A DNA stretch of 63,184 bases, filler included, from Reclinomonas americana ATCC 50394 (taxonomy: Eukaryota), in the NCBI GenBank assembly GCA_048213135.1. It is 14 parts of 14 records of this genome, joined end to end, with 100 filler letters (N's around TTAATTAATTAA, not from the genome) between each part and the next. Parts side by side here need not be neighbours in the genome. Positions count along the whole stretch, not along the records: positions 60,497 to 61,886 come from AFZH01021439.1; positions 61,987 to 63,184 come from AFZH01021441.1; 12 more parts are not named here. One strand, written 5' to 3'. Within the stretch, counting starts at the first letter, position 1, and each line of letters opens with the position of its first letter. Below the pieces are notes generated by a model. It did no database searches, had not been told where the DNA came from, and saw only the letters and a list, made by a program, of their open reading frames with translations. Positions 60,532-63,184 of this stretch are shown in pieces. Made by a program: the position numbers and the translations under genes.

Positions 60532-61790
60532 GAATGTGAGATGCAACGCGACCAATTTAGGCCGGCAATAAAAATATGTCCCAGTGCCGACGTTGTTCCG
60601 TGGAAGTGAGTGAACTCAGGAGAGGTGAGCTTCCACAACGCTAATCCGAAAGGAAATTCCGAAGCTGAATGATCATAAATGCACCGACATCGACGTCGAT
60701 ATCGCGATAAGCCATCAGCAGCGATTCTCGGGGAAGAAGAGCAGGAGGAGGAGCGAGAGAGGGTGAAGAGGAAACGAACAGAGACTCCTGCCTTTCGTGT
60801 AAGATCGCGGCACTTCTCGACGATGAACCATCTCTGGCAAGCACCGAGAGCGCAGCTCTTCCTCCAGTCGCTGCATCTCCTGCACCGGCAACCTTTGCTC
60901 CCCCATGGATGTACATGTGCGTTTCGAGTGGGAGACGCAGGTTCTGCAGCTGGTTCTCACTCACAACGGAGATCATCATGCAGCTGTACTGCTGTACGGT
61001 CATAGATACAGTTATGCCACTGTTGTCGCTGTTGTCATCGGCTGCTGGCACGCACACCAGGTTGTCCTCGTGGTCGGTCAGTCGTCGGAGAGGTCGACGG
61101 TCATGAATGAGGCTTTCAGCGCACAGTCAATCGTGTGCGTAGCGACAATCCACGCATCGACATCTGCAATCGCGAATTATAGCGGTGAGACGTCTACTCA
61201 TGCTCGAAACGGGCACGTGGAAAGTGCAGCATGATTCGTACCGTGCTGATCTTGCAGGAAAGGTTTCCGCTCCTCCAGCTCACGCCTTCGTCGCAGGAGG
61301 AGATCACGTGACGGCACAGAATCATCAAGACTCTTATTCAGCACCTCAACGACATTGTAGCACCAAGACTCAAAGGGCGACATCAGCCCTATGCAGTAAC
61401 AACACGAATTGAGATGGAGAGCGCGCGCTGCTGACAAACCATTGCGCATGATGTAACTGGACTGTTTTGGGCGCTCTTCTGTATGCGCCTCCACACTCTT
61501 CGAATCCATGGAATGCTCTGGGCACCTATCCTTCTCTTCGAGCGGTGTACCAATTTGCTCTTGTTGGTCGAAGACGAGGATTTTTCCAGCGAGATCGGAA
61601 CGTTGGAAAGAACTGCCTTCGAAGAAAAATTGGATTGCTACTCGAGCTCGTACTGGAGAGGGCTGAGGCATTGCCTTAATCAGTCGAGGCGTTAGTTTCA
61701 ACAACTCAGTGTGCGCGACTTACCCTGCAGCTGGCGGTCACAAACCCGGCAGGAAAAGGCAACTCGCAACTTTTGGAGAAGTCGCTCGAA
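60530..61790 (-). pseudogene. Degenerate coding-like segment between (GA)n and (GT)n tracts
   Basis: Protein-like stretches broken by stops and frameshifts; no short-intron pattern; less GC-rich than neighbouring genes. Confidence 0.25.
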
Positions 61791-61814
61791 CTCGCTGCTG
61801 TGTTGGAGGACATG

Positions 61815-61883
<69 letters not shown>

Positions 61884-61986
61884 GTANNNNNNNNNNNNNN
61901 NNNNNNNNNNNNNNNNNNNNNNNNNNNNNNTTAATTAATTAANNNNNNNNNNNNNNNNNNNNNNNNNNNNNNNNNNNNNNNNNNNN

Positions 61987-62036
<50 letters not shown>

Positions 62037-62421
62037 ACAGAAGAGAGAAGAGAGAGAGGAAGAGAGACATAGAGCGACTGCAAGAGGGACACTGAGAAAG
62101 AGTGAGTGAGAGAGCGGGAAAGAGAGACATAGAGAGACTACAAGAACGAGTGACAGTGAGAAGGGTGAGTGAGTGAGAAAGAGCGAGGAAGGGAAGAGAG
62201 TGAGAGAAAAAGGAAGAAAAGAGTGACAACAAGGGATGGGCAGAGACAGCGAGTGACCGCAGGAGTGAGGAAGTGAGAGAGCGAGAGATAGAGGAAAGGA
62301 GAAAAGGAAGACAAGAAGAAGAAATACCAGCAAGACCAAGAGTCTTGCTTGCTCCTCCTCTCCTCTCCTCTCGGTTGCTCACTGTTGCATCTCTTCCTTT
62401 TCCTTCTTCTCCTCTGTTAAG

Positions 62422-62805
62422 GACTTGGTCGGCATTCGTATCCGATACATTCACTGCGGGTACTACACGACTGCTTGCATTGCGCAATCGGGGCAAGTCT
62501 ATGCATGGGGTACGCCAGCTGCGCCTCTTCTTTCTTGTGCTCGTGGATCTTTGTGCTCACAGCATTCGCGATACAGGATGGAACTTGTACAAGCAGGTTG
62601 CTTTCTCACGCTCGGCGAGGATTGTCTGTGACGTGGGAGGGCTTATCCGAAGTGCTTTGTGTGTTGTGCAGGTGTGTCATCTCAACGAGGAATTCATCAC
62701 GTCGCCGGTGCCGCTGTTCTTCCCGTCGGACTCGGACATTGAGGAGTTTGCGTTTGGCTCGCTGCACTCGTGCGCCCGGTTGCGGAATGGCACGCTGTTT
62801 GTGTG
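62422..62805 (+). CDS. RCC1-repeat protein, internal fragment
   Basis: IHCGYYTTACIAQSGQVYAWGWNLYKQ...FAFGSLHSCARLRNGTLFVW after splicing, including a 20-nt exon. Confidence 0.8.
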
Positions 62806-63184
62806 GTATGTGGCGATCGCTTGCATGCCCTCTTCTCCCTCGATCGCTCCGGTCGTTTCTGCTCCACGACCTCTCCGATTTTCACCTCCTCCCCTCGTCC
62901 TCCCACAGATTTCTTTCCTTGTCTCTGTTTTCCTCGCTGTCTTCGCCTCCTCTCTTTCTCTTTTCGTTTATCACTCTTTCTCTTTTCGTTTATCACTCTT
63001 TCTCTTTTCGTTTATCACTCCTTCTCTTATTCTTGCCCTCTCTGCCATACTTCCATATCTTTGCTTTCCCTTTCTGTTCGTTCACTCTCCTTCCCTCCCC
63101 CTTCTCCTTCCCCTTCTCTTCCCCTTCCCTTTCCCCTTCCCCTTCCCCTTCCCCTTCCCCTTCCCCTTCCCCCTGAGTCGGAGA

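Noticed and set aside
1864..61986. Regularly repeated TTAATTAATTAA motif
   Set aside because: Artificial joining linker embedded in Ns.
1..63184. Stop-codon reassignment
   Set aside because: TAA, TGA and TAG all end genes; apparent internal stops fall inside introns in the genes I spliced.

Overview
Nuclear DNA of a gene-dense, intron-rich, GC-rich microbial eukaryote, probably a heterotrophic protist; the lineage cannot be assigned from this window. It is not one locus. Fourteen contigs are joined by 13 identical 100-nt artificial linkers (N44-TTAATTAATTAA-N44), so neighbourhoods across linkers are meaningless. Most short ORFs in the track are exon pieces or shadows. Splicing short GT-AG introns by eye gives about 25 genes: 2 LRR fragments, Kelch, BORCS5-like, ZIP, multidomain calpain, secreted EGF protein, ABCB pieces, RPC11, 7TM-RGS, GH31/MYORG-like, acyl-CoA oxidase, CDK, MAP2K, HAL, TPR, PPase, OCRL/INPP5B, UXS, formiminoglutamase, ANTH, RCC1 and hypotheticals. 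The most unusual signals concern RNA processing: (1) a tRNA-Arg(CCG) with a 26-nt D-loop insertion folded as an archaeal-type bulge-helix-bulge intron; (2) a large second class of splice donors, GTTGCGT (the ordinary donor plus one extra T), never preceded by exonic G in 27 cases, resembling shifted/bulged U1 pairing; (3) a 3-nt microexon completing a conserved calpain Trp; (4) long introns with purine-rich 5' and pyrimidine-rich 3' arms. Several enzymes have substitutions at catalytic positions. Gene models and counts are manual and approximate.
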